DNA of 64,000 nt from Spongospora subterranea f. sp. subterranea (Eukaryota): contig JAUGWO010000060.1 in assembly GCA_049724395.1 (NCBI GenBank), positions 124,001-188,000 on the forward strand. The letters run 5' to 3'. The position numbers and the translations under genes are program-made. The notes under the pieces were generated by a model. The model was not told where the DNA came from and did no database searches. It saw nothing but the letters and a program-made list of their open reading frames with translations. Positions 37,745 to 52,699 of this stretch are shown here, one piece after another (positions within the stretch are counted from its first letter, which is position 1; each line of letters opens with the position of its first letter).

Positions 37745-37819
37745 TTAAGTGATGATTCATTCAGTTCTGCTTCTGAATTTTTTTGTAGAATACTTATATA
37801 CCAAAAATAGTCTGATTTC
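37745..37819 (+). ncRNA. Box C/D snoRNA, U38/snR61-like, double guide
   Basis: Box C GTGATGA 37749-37755. Guide CAGTTCTGCTT before D' CTGA 37773-37776 pairs LSU AAGCAGAACUG (yeast Am1133 equivalent). A second guide, TACCAAAAATAG, before box D 37812-37815 pairs the adjacent LSU AUUUUUGGUA. Confidence 0.85.
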
Positions 37820-37899
37820 AACTAAACATTTTGTTCTTCATGTTTTTTGTAAGCAATTAATTGACTGCTTATTTATAGGTAATCAAATACGATACTCTA

Positions 37900-37987
37900 A
37901 AATTATGATGAGTTTCGTCTCAGACGGGCGGTCGGAAGTCGGACTTTACAAATCCGACGTATTGTCGATTTTTTATAATCTGATTTA
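37900..37987 (+). ncRNA. Box C/D snoRNA, U43/snR70-like
   Basis: Box C ATGATGA 37905-37911. Guide GACGGGCGGT before D' variant CGGA pairs SSU ACCGCCCGUC (yeast Cm1639 equivalent). Internal hairpin GTCGGA/TCCGAC. Box D CTGA 37980-37983. Confidence 0.8.
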
Positions 37988-38109
37988 CTTTTTATCGTTT
38001 TACCCAACCATCAAAGTCCATTTGATTTATGGATTGTTTTGCAGGAGTCGGCTTGTGACTCAGAATTCTCTCGGAAACCCATTATGTAAGTTTTCTCAAC
38101 CAAACAATT

Positions 38110-38189
38110 TTGCAATGATGATTTTAATTTACAGACCTGTTCCGAGAGATATGTATGTGGACAATAGTGAATTCCTCGTTTCTGAGCAA
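38110..38189 (+). ncRNA. Box C/D snoRNA, double guide: U25/snR56-like plus snR57-like
   Basis: Stem TTGC/GCAA, box C ATGATGA 38115-38121. ACAGACCTGTT+CCGA pairs SSU AACAGGUCUGU (Gm1428 equivalent). GAATTCCTCGTT-T+CTGA (38182-38185) pairs SSU AACGAGGAAUUC (Gm1572 equivalent). Confidence 0.92.
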
Positions 38190-38293
38190 CAATTTTTTGT
38201 TTTACTCCAATGCTAATTGTGCAATTGCTGATCGGTTTTTTGTTTCTAGGTCTTGAGTATCCACCATCGTAAGATATTTTCATACATTTTCGT

Positions 38294-38372
38294 TGTCCGG
38301 TGATGTACATATTATATTTGCTACTCTTGAACTACCTTGATGACCAAAATATCACCAAGATCTCTGAGGACA
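38294..38372 (+). ncRNA. U24: Box C/D snoRNA U24
   Basis: Stem TGTCC/GGACA, U24-type box C TGATGT, C' TGATGA. Guide TATTTGCTACT+C+TTGA pairs LSU AGUAGCAAAUA (Am1449 equivalent). Guide CACCAAGATCT+CTGA pairs LSU AGAUCUUGGUG (Cm1437 equivalent). Confidence 0.95.
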
Positions 38373-38505
38373 TCTAACGTTGTTTAATTTGGGTTCATTT
38401 TTCAAGAAGTCTAAGACTTATTCTTTTTCGTGTCCAGTGTGCGGTCTCTCGTTGTAGCCTCTCCCTGTGTTTTCTTGGTAAGATACTTTTTTTATCTGCT
38501 TTTCT

Positions 38506-38605
38506 TTTCCTGATGAAAGCATGATCATTTTTCTATGATATAAGCATATTCTCATTTGTTTATTAGCCATGATTCAGCAATTCATGCTGCCTTCCTTCTG
38601 AACTT
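38506..38605 (+). ncRNA. Box C/D snoRNA, snR52-like (SSU Am420 equivalent)
   Basis: Box C TGATGA 38511-38516. The 13-nt guide TGCTGCCTTCCTT directly before box D CTGA 38598-38601 pairs SSU AAGGAAGGCAGCA. Confidence 0.88.
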
Positions 38606-38751
38606 TGCTTTTTTTTTGTAACCGCATTGGGTGTTGACAGTTTTCTAAACTTTATCTTTGTCCAGGCGCTGCGTCTTCTCTAAGGGATGTTCTCGATTTC
38701 ACCATCATCAGGTAATTATTCAGATACAGTAATTCAATGTTGGTGTTTCTT

Positions 38752-38827
38752 TTTTCTGATGAGATATGTCAAGTCCAATTCTAAATCACCATGTTGATTT
38801 GCAAATCGAGCTTTTTAAATCTGAGCC
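38752..38827 (+). ncRNA. Box C/D snoRNA, U36/snR47-like (SSU Am619 equivalent)
   Basis: Box C TGATGA 38757-38762. Guide CGAGCTTTTTAA before box D CTGA 38821-38824 pairs SSU UUAAAAAGCUCG. Confidence 0.88.
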
Positions 38828-39415
38828 TACTTTTTCCAGTTTTTGTTGTTTTACAGGGTATTGTTGCTGACGTCAATGTTCATTTAGGTGTGCTCTTGTC
38901 GTGTTGACCGTTCTCCTGCACCATCTTTAATACATTTTTCTGATCATTCTCCAGCAATCTCGCGACATCGTTTTGTATCGTAGATTGACGCTTTCATAGC
39001 AAGTCAGATTGTAGATTTGTTGACCGCCTTTAGGGAAGGAAGTGACGTCCTCGTACGATTGCGAGATAATGGCACTGAATGTAGGGCTGGACCCATTAAC
39101 CATAATTACGAGAACAAAACGATACACATTATGAAGGATTCACCATCATAGATGAACCAGACCGTCAACTGTAATTGCGACCGAATGCGGCAGAGTCGAT
39201 CCGTTCATCACAGATTCGCGCCGTAACGAACGAATACCAAAAAATCTGTGGGTTGCTCTGCCAAACCTAATCGGGCCAGATCGGCGCCGTTTAACGTTGC
39301 AGACTACGTAAACCCCGTTCAAGTGTGATTGCTGTGTAACAGGCCATCGTACCATCGTTACCCCTGTCGTTACCACCAACAACCGCGCAGTTGTCATAGC
39401 AGTGTCGCTATTCAC

Positions 39416-45019
<5,604 letters not shown>

Positions 45020-45042
45020 TTTTTTTGAGTGTATAAATTACG

Positions 45043-46176
45043 TTAATTACTTTGTGGATCTGGCAATGGTGTAGGCGGGGGGTCGTCGGGGCTTTGTGGA
45101 TCTGCAAATGCTGTAGACGGAGGGTCGTCCGGGCTCTCTTCATCGTCAGATAAAATTATCAATCCTCTCAACGGAGGATGAGGGTACATAAATTTCTTAG
45201 AATAGTCAACCTCGAACCCTAAATGTTTGAGGACGCCTACGACTTCCTTTCGCTTCATTATATGTGGTATATGACTGACAGGTCTCACGTTTCGGCTCCT
45301 GCTTATGCAGATGATATTTCTCAGCACTGTCTCCAACCATTCTCGAAATAAATCATAGAGCGCCCCGGCTCCCACACGCCTGTATCCGTACTTTCGCCTG
45401 ATCAATATTCTATAGAACAATCGCTCCTTCATGAAATCGGGAATGTCATATGTTTTCGAAGATGGAAGAGGCTGGTGATCGAACTCCACGTCGCTGCATG
45501 TAGAATCCGAATCCACAGTTAGACGGTCAGAATCGGAATCAAGCCCGTCAACAGTTTCATCATCTTGGTCACTAGAAGCCCCAAAAAATATTGGTGACGG
45601 TGGCTCTGGAATAACCATAGCATTCAAGGCCTCGATATAGTTGGCAATCTGGATGACATTCAGTGATGGTACTCTAGCAGCAATCAGATCAATATTTCCT
45701 CGTCCACAACGTCGTATGGCCCATTGCAGTCTGTATTTTTCCTCTATTGTGAGGTCTGGCAGACGGAATATTGGAACATCCTCTTCTGGTAAGTGTTTCA
45801 ATCGGGTCAAAGCATCATAATCTTCAAAATATGTTGATGATGCGTACGACATGTCATCTTCCTCTAGTTCGCTTTCCAGGTGTTGCCCTGGTTCGCTTTC
45901 CAGGTGTTGCCCTGGTTCGCTTTCCAGGTGTTGCTTTGGTTCGCTTCCCAGGTCTTGAAGTTGCCCTTGACTGTATTCATCAGAGCCGCACGACAAGGAC
46001 GAATTTTGGAAAATTTCGAAATCCAAATTGGCTGGTTTAAAGCGGAAAAGATCACGGTGAGGATCATCGTCGTCGATCAAATTGATGGGCGAACCTGAAT
46101 CTAAGCCGCTCCGCATCCTTTTTATCACATCCACCAGCGGGCTATCCTCTGCCGGACGTTTGCCATGGCGTTCCAT
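45043..46176 (-). CDS. SANT/Myb + histone-fold protein (Rrn5-like architecture), intronless
   Basis: LTIEEKYRLQWAIRRCGRGNIDLIAARVPSLNVIQIANY is SANT-like. ILIRRKYGYRRVGAGALYDLFREWLETVLRNIICIS..EVVGVLKHLG resembles an H4-like fold. An 8-aa repeat ESEPGQHL is present. Confidence 0.6.
   Translation of the reverse strand: MERHGKRPAEDSPLVDVIKRMRSGLDSGSPINLIDDDDPHRDLFRFKPANLDFEIFQNSSLSCGSDEYSQGQLQDLGSEPKQHLESEPGQHLESEPGQHLESELEEDDMSYASSTYFEDYDALTRLKHLPEEDVPIFRLPDLTIEEKYRLQWAIRRCGRGNIDLIAARVPSLNVIQIANYIEALNAMVIPEPPSPIFFGASSDQDDETVDGLDSDSDRLTVDSDSTCSDVEFDHQPLPSSKTYDIPDFMKERLFYRILIRRKYGYRRVGAGALYDLFREWLETVLRNIICISRSRNVRPVSHIPHIMKRKEVVGVLKHLGFEVDYSKKFMYPHPPLRGLIILSDDEESPDDPPSTAFADPQSPDDPPPTPLPDPQSN
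45866..45955. repeat. 24-bp coding tandem repeat (~4 copies)
   Basis: GGTTCGCTTTCCAGGTGTTGCCCT units encode ESEPGQHL on the minus strand. Confidence 0.9.
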
Positions 46177-46501
46177 ATCTTCTGTGACGGCCGCGAACAG
46201 GCGACGCCTTTGGGCGCAGGACGGCCGTGCGGGAATGTCCCAAACCTGCGTAGCCTTCGACCACGCTGAGGAAACAACAATCAGATCCACGGTCGATTGT
46301 AGAATGACCTCACTGGCCTAGAGCAACATTCATGTCGAATTACGTTGCATTGATTCCTCCCACATGAACTTCAGGTCACGTGTCGACTGCATTGAGTGGG
46401 CATGCATTGCATTACATTGTTAGACACTCGTTTCGCTTATCCTTACAACATATACATAGGCATTGTAGTAATCATCGTTGCCGTCGATTCAAGAGCATCA
46501 T

Positions 46502-49500
46502 ATGGAGGGCAGCTTGGTTCAGGAATTCTTTGGTGAACAATACGGTACCCCACAACCAAAAAGGCCAAGAATTGACATTTCAGATCATCTCCAGCCAGCG
46601 CAGAAGTCATTGCGCTCTTTGAATGAATTAGAACTCAATCACAGATCAGTATTTTCTGGTTATAAGACGTTCAATCGTGTCCAGAGTATTGTATTTGAAG
46701 ATTTATATCACTCAGACAAAAGCATTGTCGTCGCAGCCCCGACCGCCTCTGGAAAAACCGTATTGTTTGAGCTTGCCATTTTGCGTTTATTTTCCTCCCA
46801 GCAGGACAGAAGTAGATTTAAGGCTGTGTACATTGCGCCATTAAAAGCATTATGCAATGAGAAACTACAATCTTGGCAATCACGTTTCGGCAACCTGGGA
46901 TTGAAATGCTGTGAATTCACTGGAGACTCCAACAACGACGTGAATCGCATTGCATCCAATCATATCATGTTGGTCATAAACTTAAATGATAGAATGGTAT
47001 TTAAGGCGGTTTCATCAGCATTACAACTCCAGAAAAACTGGATGCGTCCTCCCGTCGGTGGCAAGAGAACAAGTTCTTCTTTGACAATATCGGGCTTATG
47101 ATGATCGATGAAGTTCACACTGTAGGAGAACCTAGGGGTCGGGGTATCTGTCTAGAGGCGCTGATCACCAGGTTAATCACAGCAGTTTTGATAGCTTTCG
47201 CTAAAAGGGTATACGTTTTCCCAGGTGTCTTACCATGGGTATTCGAAAAAAGGAGCAAAACGATAATTGTCCAGCCTCAACTATGCGATTCGTTGCAGTT
47301 TCAGCAACCGTGCCAAACGCGGACGAACTTGGATCTTGGTTGCAGGCAAAACACTTTCAGTTTGGGGACAACTTTCGCCCAGTTCCCTTACAGTATCATG
47401 TTTTCGGTTATCCTATTCGCAAACAGCAGTCATATTATCCGTTTGATATGAGCCTAAATTACAAGGTATTTCACAATAAACTGGAATCACAGCTTATGAC
47501 GCCTTGACCAGGTTTTTGATATTATCCGACAATATTCTTCTGGCAGACCTGCTTTAGTATTTTGTTCAAGTAGAGCAGGCTGCTTGAAATGTGCAAAACA
47601 GGTTTTGGAAAGCGCAGCAAGTTCGGGATTCCGGTTTGTCAAAGATCATGAACATGAACAGTCTCTGAAAGTGCACAGCCAGCAACTCAAAGGTACACTG
47701 CTCTTCAAAACGCCCTGCACAAATTGAGGTGGGTACCCAACAGATGCGTCTCTTCGTGACATTTTCTGTCGTGGTGTAGCGATACATACGGCTGCCTTAT
47801 CTGCAGAAGATAGACAACTGATACTTGGCAATTTTGTTGCTGGGAGGATTTTGGTGCTCTGCGCAACAACTACATTAGCCCAGGGAGTTAACGTACCAAT
47901 CTTCATTATTGTTTTGTGATTTATGTTTTCGACATTCGACAATTTAGTTGCCGGCTGGTCTAGTGATCGTAAAGGGAACGCAAGTCTACAATAAAAGCCC
48001 TAGCGGCTTCACGGAGCATTCGTCAGCTACGATCTTGCAAATGTTCGTAAATTGATTCAAGATGTGCCGCATGATACTCTTTTACAGGATCGGGCGTGCG
48101 GGACGACCCCAGTTTGATGATTTCGGTGTTGCGATTGTTATGACAACAGCGAACATGGGGACGTTTTATGAAAATCTTTTGAAGGGTCAAAAGCCCATTG
48201 AGTCCCACTTGCTTGCTGGGAACGCGGCTGAGCATCTTAATGCCGAAATATCCATGCGTACTGAAACAATGTTCATCTTGGTGTCACCTTTGAAACTTGT
48301 TTACAGGAACAATCAATACTGTCCACGAAGCAGTGAATTGGATGCAAAACACGTTCGGGTCTGTTCGAATGAAAAAGTGCCCATCACAATTCGGGATTTC
48401 AGCTCGAGAAATTGAAGATCCTGCAGCTTATCAAACCGTCAGTGCAATCAAAGCTTAAGTATCGGAACTAACCCTTCCGGCAAGGTCCTGGAAAACCGAA
48501 TTCGACATTCTATTGCAACCCTAGAATCTGCTGGAATGGTTGAAAGTCAGCTACTGGATAGCAGAGTGATTCCCACACGATTAGGCGTCACCATGGTATA
48601 TGTAGACGAATGAGATAGCAAGTTCAGTTTCCATATCAAATTTCATAGGCCAAGTTTTACTTAAAAATCCCCACTGCAAGATTGATCGCTGACATTCCTC
48701 GAAACATAGACATGTGCGGTCTGATTAATATTATCGCGTCGTCCATTGAATTCGTTGATATGCCCATTCGTCAAGGGGAAAAAGCTCGTAAGTCTGTTTA
48801 GTGATACTGAGAAACAAATTTAACCGATTTTTTACATAGCCCTTAACGCCGCAAATAATAAAGAAACGATTAGGTTCGCATTCAAAGGAAAAGTTAAAAC
48901 TCTGGTAAACAATAGCACTCTAGTTGATGGTGCCTCAATGGTTGTCAAGGTGCATAAGATATCCATTCTGCTTTTGTGCGCTCTGCAATCTGCCTCGTCC
49001 TCCCCTTTTCAGTTGAATCTCTTAGATCAAGACCTGAAAAATGCACTAGACATTGCCAAAAGAATTACGGTGACTACTTACTTGCATCAGTTCTCGTTTT
49101 TCAACCAGGTTTAGAGGGCAGTTACCGAATATCATGGAGCGAGTGATAAGTCGTTTTCCGTTTACTTGAACAGCTTATTACTGTCAGTATTATTTGCTGA
49201 TGAATAATCTGACTTAAGATTTAACCATAGTCATAAAGCTTTTGAGAGGAGGATGTGGCATGACAGTCAATACTCTGTTAGGCAGATTGAGGGAATTGGG
49301 ATGAAAAAAGCCGCACAATTGATAGCTGCAGGGATTACAAGCATCGATAAGCTCAGAGAAATATCATCAGGGAAAATTGAAGCGGTTTGATGTTGTGGTA
49401 TTCAAATTTTACGGCTATGATACGCTATACACAGCTTTGCGATCGAAACCCACCGTTTGGCTTTCAAGTCAAACAGCGATTGTGTGGATTCCCAATGATC

Positions 49501-50807
49501 GAGCTCCGTATTCAGGTATATATATTTTGCAAATAATGTTGTTTGCACAACTTGTTGCCAGATCCCTGATACGACGAACACGTTGCGGTCATATCCTGTT
49601 AAGATTATGGTTCAACAGATTTGCCCAGACTTCTGTTGTTCGCAGTATTCTCCAGTAATTCTGCTAGCGGGGTTATCGGACGATCGACATCTCCTTTCTC
49701 GAAAGCTCAAGTGAGTGAGTCGAATTTGTCTTATTTGACAATGCTGATACTTTGAAGTCTACCTAACGGAACGTCAAGCCATGAATTTAGTATAATGGGT
49801 ACTTGAAAGTGTGGTGCCACACGAAATCCATTTGATTTTGAGCTGTGCATCAGTTCCATCCGACGCAGAAGGACTGGAGCTGCACGTTCATGCGATCCAT
49901 GAAGACAAAATCGGTTGTGACCAGCACGTGCATCAGCCTTTATGTATGACATTTAATGATGTGGCTCTGTTGCAGCCTTCGGTGGCAGGTAAAGTACTAT
50001 AATGTACATGCGGACCATTCTGATTTGATGCACTTTTAGTGCCTGTAGAAAGGCTCGCTAAGAAACAGGATGTTTGGAGTCAACAAACGAAGGTCTCATT
50101 CAATCCCATTCTATCACTGAATATAACGGTTTTAACAGTTTATGAGACAACAATTGGCAAGTATCGTGCCAGAGTCAAAAAAGATGCGGCTGCACACTGC
50201 AACAAGGCAAACGCAACCTGAAGTTTCCATGACTCAAAATCCACAGCAACGGCTTCTACTTTCACATCGCACCAATTCAAGTGACATGCAATCAAATATT
50301 GGATATTCACGGCCACGACTAGGTATAACATCGTGGAAGCTTCCATCTCCTGAGGCGACAACCATTCATGGCTGGGAGATAAATGCCGGCGAAATGAGCG
50401 AGTCGAGAGCTACTCAAACAGTTCCAGATAGAGTCCTTGACAAGCCTATTTTTGGCATTCCAAACATGTTCAATGCTGTCTCTGATACTGCGTCAACGGT
50501 GTCGATGAGAAATCGAGATGGAGTTTGTGACCACAACGTTGGAACCCGGCATTTCGAACCATCAGATTACGATGAAACACACAATCTACGAGTTTCTTCA
50601 GGGCATGGTGCTATTCCTCTAGAACCATACCGCTATTCCGGTGGAGTATCCGCAACACCTTCCAGCTGCATATGCGACACCTTTGAAAAGAATGATTTTC
50701 AAAATCGCTCCTGCGTTCCTCAAATACCACAACTGCAATTCGAACAAAACCCAGATTTTTGTAGCAGCCAGTTAATATTTGGTGATATATTTGCAGAGCA
50801 GCAATAA
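46502..50807 (+). CDS. MER3: Meiotic Ski2-like DNA helicase MER3/HFM1 with Sec63 domain (multi-exon)
   Basis: FNRVQS..APTASGKTVLFELAILRL, VYIAPLKALCNE, TTPEKLD, IDEVH, RFVAVSATVPNA, FRPVPL..VFGY..FDMSLNYK, TTTLAQGVNLPA, QMIGRAGRPQFD and IESHL..EHLNAEI. Confidence 0.9.
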
Positions 50808-51506
50808 TGCGTTCTCAATACAAAACGCATTGCTTGAGGGTTTTTTTTTTTATTCAGTTGCAACCGTTTTCATCAACATAGGATTGGGTTTAGCAGGCAA
50901 TCAACCAGAGTTATGAATGGTTGAAGACGCAGCAGATGACGCTGGTAGAAATCGATGCTTGCTACCAAGTCCCACGCTGGTCACAGTCGCCGAAATGTCG
51001 GCTGTGCCCTGGCAAAACTGACACGCTCAAATAGTCTCAGGGACGACAAAATTTTTGTAGTTTTTTTTTCGTCGGGGTTGTGTCTTTTCCCAAACAGGAT
51101 TAGTTGCTTTCCATATAATTTGAGAGCATTAATGCGCTCTCGGCAATTGCTATGCAAAGCGAAGAAAAGTTGGGATTAGACGGATTCCTAATCGGTTCAA
51201 CGTTTGATAAAGCAATCAAGCAAATACTCTAGGTTTCTCAGAATAATGTCACTGGATTCAGAACAGCTCCTCTAATTGAAAAGCGGTAGTTTTTTTCTGC
51301 AAACCTAAACTCCCATATCGCCTTCAGTTCACACGAACGTTGCTGATCTGATCATATTACCATCCGCGAAAACAAATCTATACCTGATCCTTTCATATCG
51401 TGTTGGACGATGTTTGACAATCCCTCACGCACCTGCGGATTGGTCAGGAATTGCCCACGCCATTTTACTAGCGGCTTCCAGGACGGGAACACAGATGAGC
51501 TGAGCA

Positions 51507-52109
51507 ATGTCGACTCGTTCGATTACGTGTCGAGCGGCTAGTTTCCTTCCGATTATGGATACGAGAGATTGTTCATCTCCGGTATTGTTGATCTTCTTGG
51601 GCTCGGCGCCAGGTGTTGTTTGTATGTTGACAAAAATTTTCTCGACGTCGACACTCGGTTCTGACTCGAGTCTTTGGGCAGCGCTTCAAAAACAGGAATA
51701 TTATGGGCATCCTTCAAACCACTTTTGGCGCATTTTGGAGAACCTATTCGATATTCCAGCGGAATTACCGTATCGGGAGCGTTGTCGTCGGGTCATCCAG
51801 CGACGTATCGTTCTCTGGGATGTCTGCCATGAATTCAACAGAACCGGTAGCAGTGACAGTTCCATTCACGGCATCACCGTCAACGCGATCGAACAGTTGA
51901 TCGCGCGATTGCCATCGATCCAGACAATAGCGTGCAACGGCCAGCAAGCAGCTCGCCTCCTCAATCGTCATACTCGTTTGCCGGCCGATATTCGTGTCGT
52001 GACGCTTCCATCGTCAAGCCCTGCTCACGCTATCAAGAATGCCGTTCTCGCGAAGACGGAACTCTGGCGCAATATTCTCGGCTGTGAATTACTTGATCAG
52101 ATAGTCTAG
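51507..52109 (+). CDS. Family-6 uracil-DNA-glycosylase-superfamily protein (hypoxanthine/deoxyinosine DNA glycosylase), one intron at 51622-51681
   Basis: Removing GTATGT..CTGAC..GGCAG gives LGSAPGVVSLQKQEYYGHPSNHFW. Further motifs LWDV, GSSDSSI, IACNG and LPSSSPA. Confidence 0.88.
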   Translation: MSTRSITCRAASFLPIMDTRDCSSPVLLIFLGSAPGVVCMLTKIFSTSTLGSDSSLWAALQKQEYYGHPSNHFWRILENLFDIPAELPYRERCRRVIQRRIVLWDVCHEFNRTGSSDSSIHGITVNAIEQLIARLPSIQTIACNGQQAARLLNRHTRLPADIRVVTLPSSSPAHAIKNAVLAKTELWRNILGCELLDQIV

Positions 52110-52699
52110 CGACTTTTTAAAGGTGATCTTCCAGTTTGGCCTTTCCAGTGGCATAATTCATATGTTAAGTTATATAAATACGTTTATACAATACTCTGGT
52201 CAATGGTCAGACCAATCTACCTAAAGATTGCGCTTTGACTATGTCGTCCATGCAGTCCATTCTCGAGATCTCCCTCTGGAGCTTCTGAACATTTTCCTTC
52301 ACACGAGATTTGTGATTAGTGATCGCAACTGTCAAGATATCCCGAAACCGTCACCTCAATATTGACAATTTGGCCGGCAATCATATCAGATCGTTTGGTT
52401 AATAGGTCGAGTTTGGTCGGAATAAAATCTTGAGCTTCATCTAATGTTAGCGCAGGATGAAACCCAAACCCGATGTCGACGAATATTCGAGACGTATCAG
52501 GACTAAGAAATCAGTAGGATCACATGAGACCAGAGACAAAATCGTCGGAGGTTGAACAGATATATCCTACACGAAGGCCTTGACGTAAAATTGACAGCCC
52601 AAATCTATCATGGTTTCGAGTTCCTCCAACCTCTGATCGCGAACCAATGCTAGATACCCCAGCACCTTATGGCTGTACATCAGCATGAAAAACGACGCC

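Larger units (their letters stand above)
37100..39130 (+). ncRNA. Non-coding snoRNA host gene (short exons, snoRNA-bearing introns); ends approximate
   Basis: GT-AG introns at 37177-37399, 37457-37628 (or 37660), 37718-37878, 37879-38044, 38086-38249, 38269-38437, 38478-38665 and 38712-38887. They are 160-220 nt, against ~50 nt in the protein genes, and each holds one C/D box pair. The spliced exons hit early stops in the frames tested. Confidence 0.8.

Noticed and set aside
37749..38310. ORFs 37749-38216 (+) and 38011-38310 (-) as proteins
   Set aside because: They are low-complexity translations of AT-rich introns and snoRNAs, and no domain is recognisable.
38506..38605. U14 snoRNA
   Set aside because: The guide overlaps the U14 target region but stops at CCTT before box D, which points to the Am420 equivalent rather than Cm414. 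No U14 domain A is seen.
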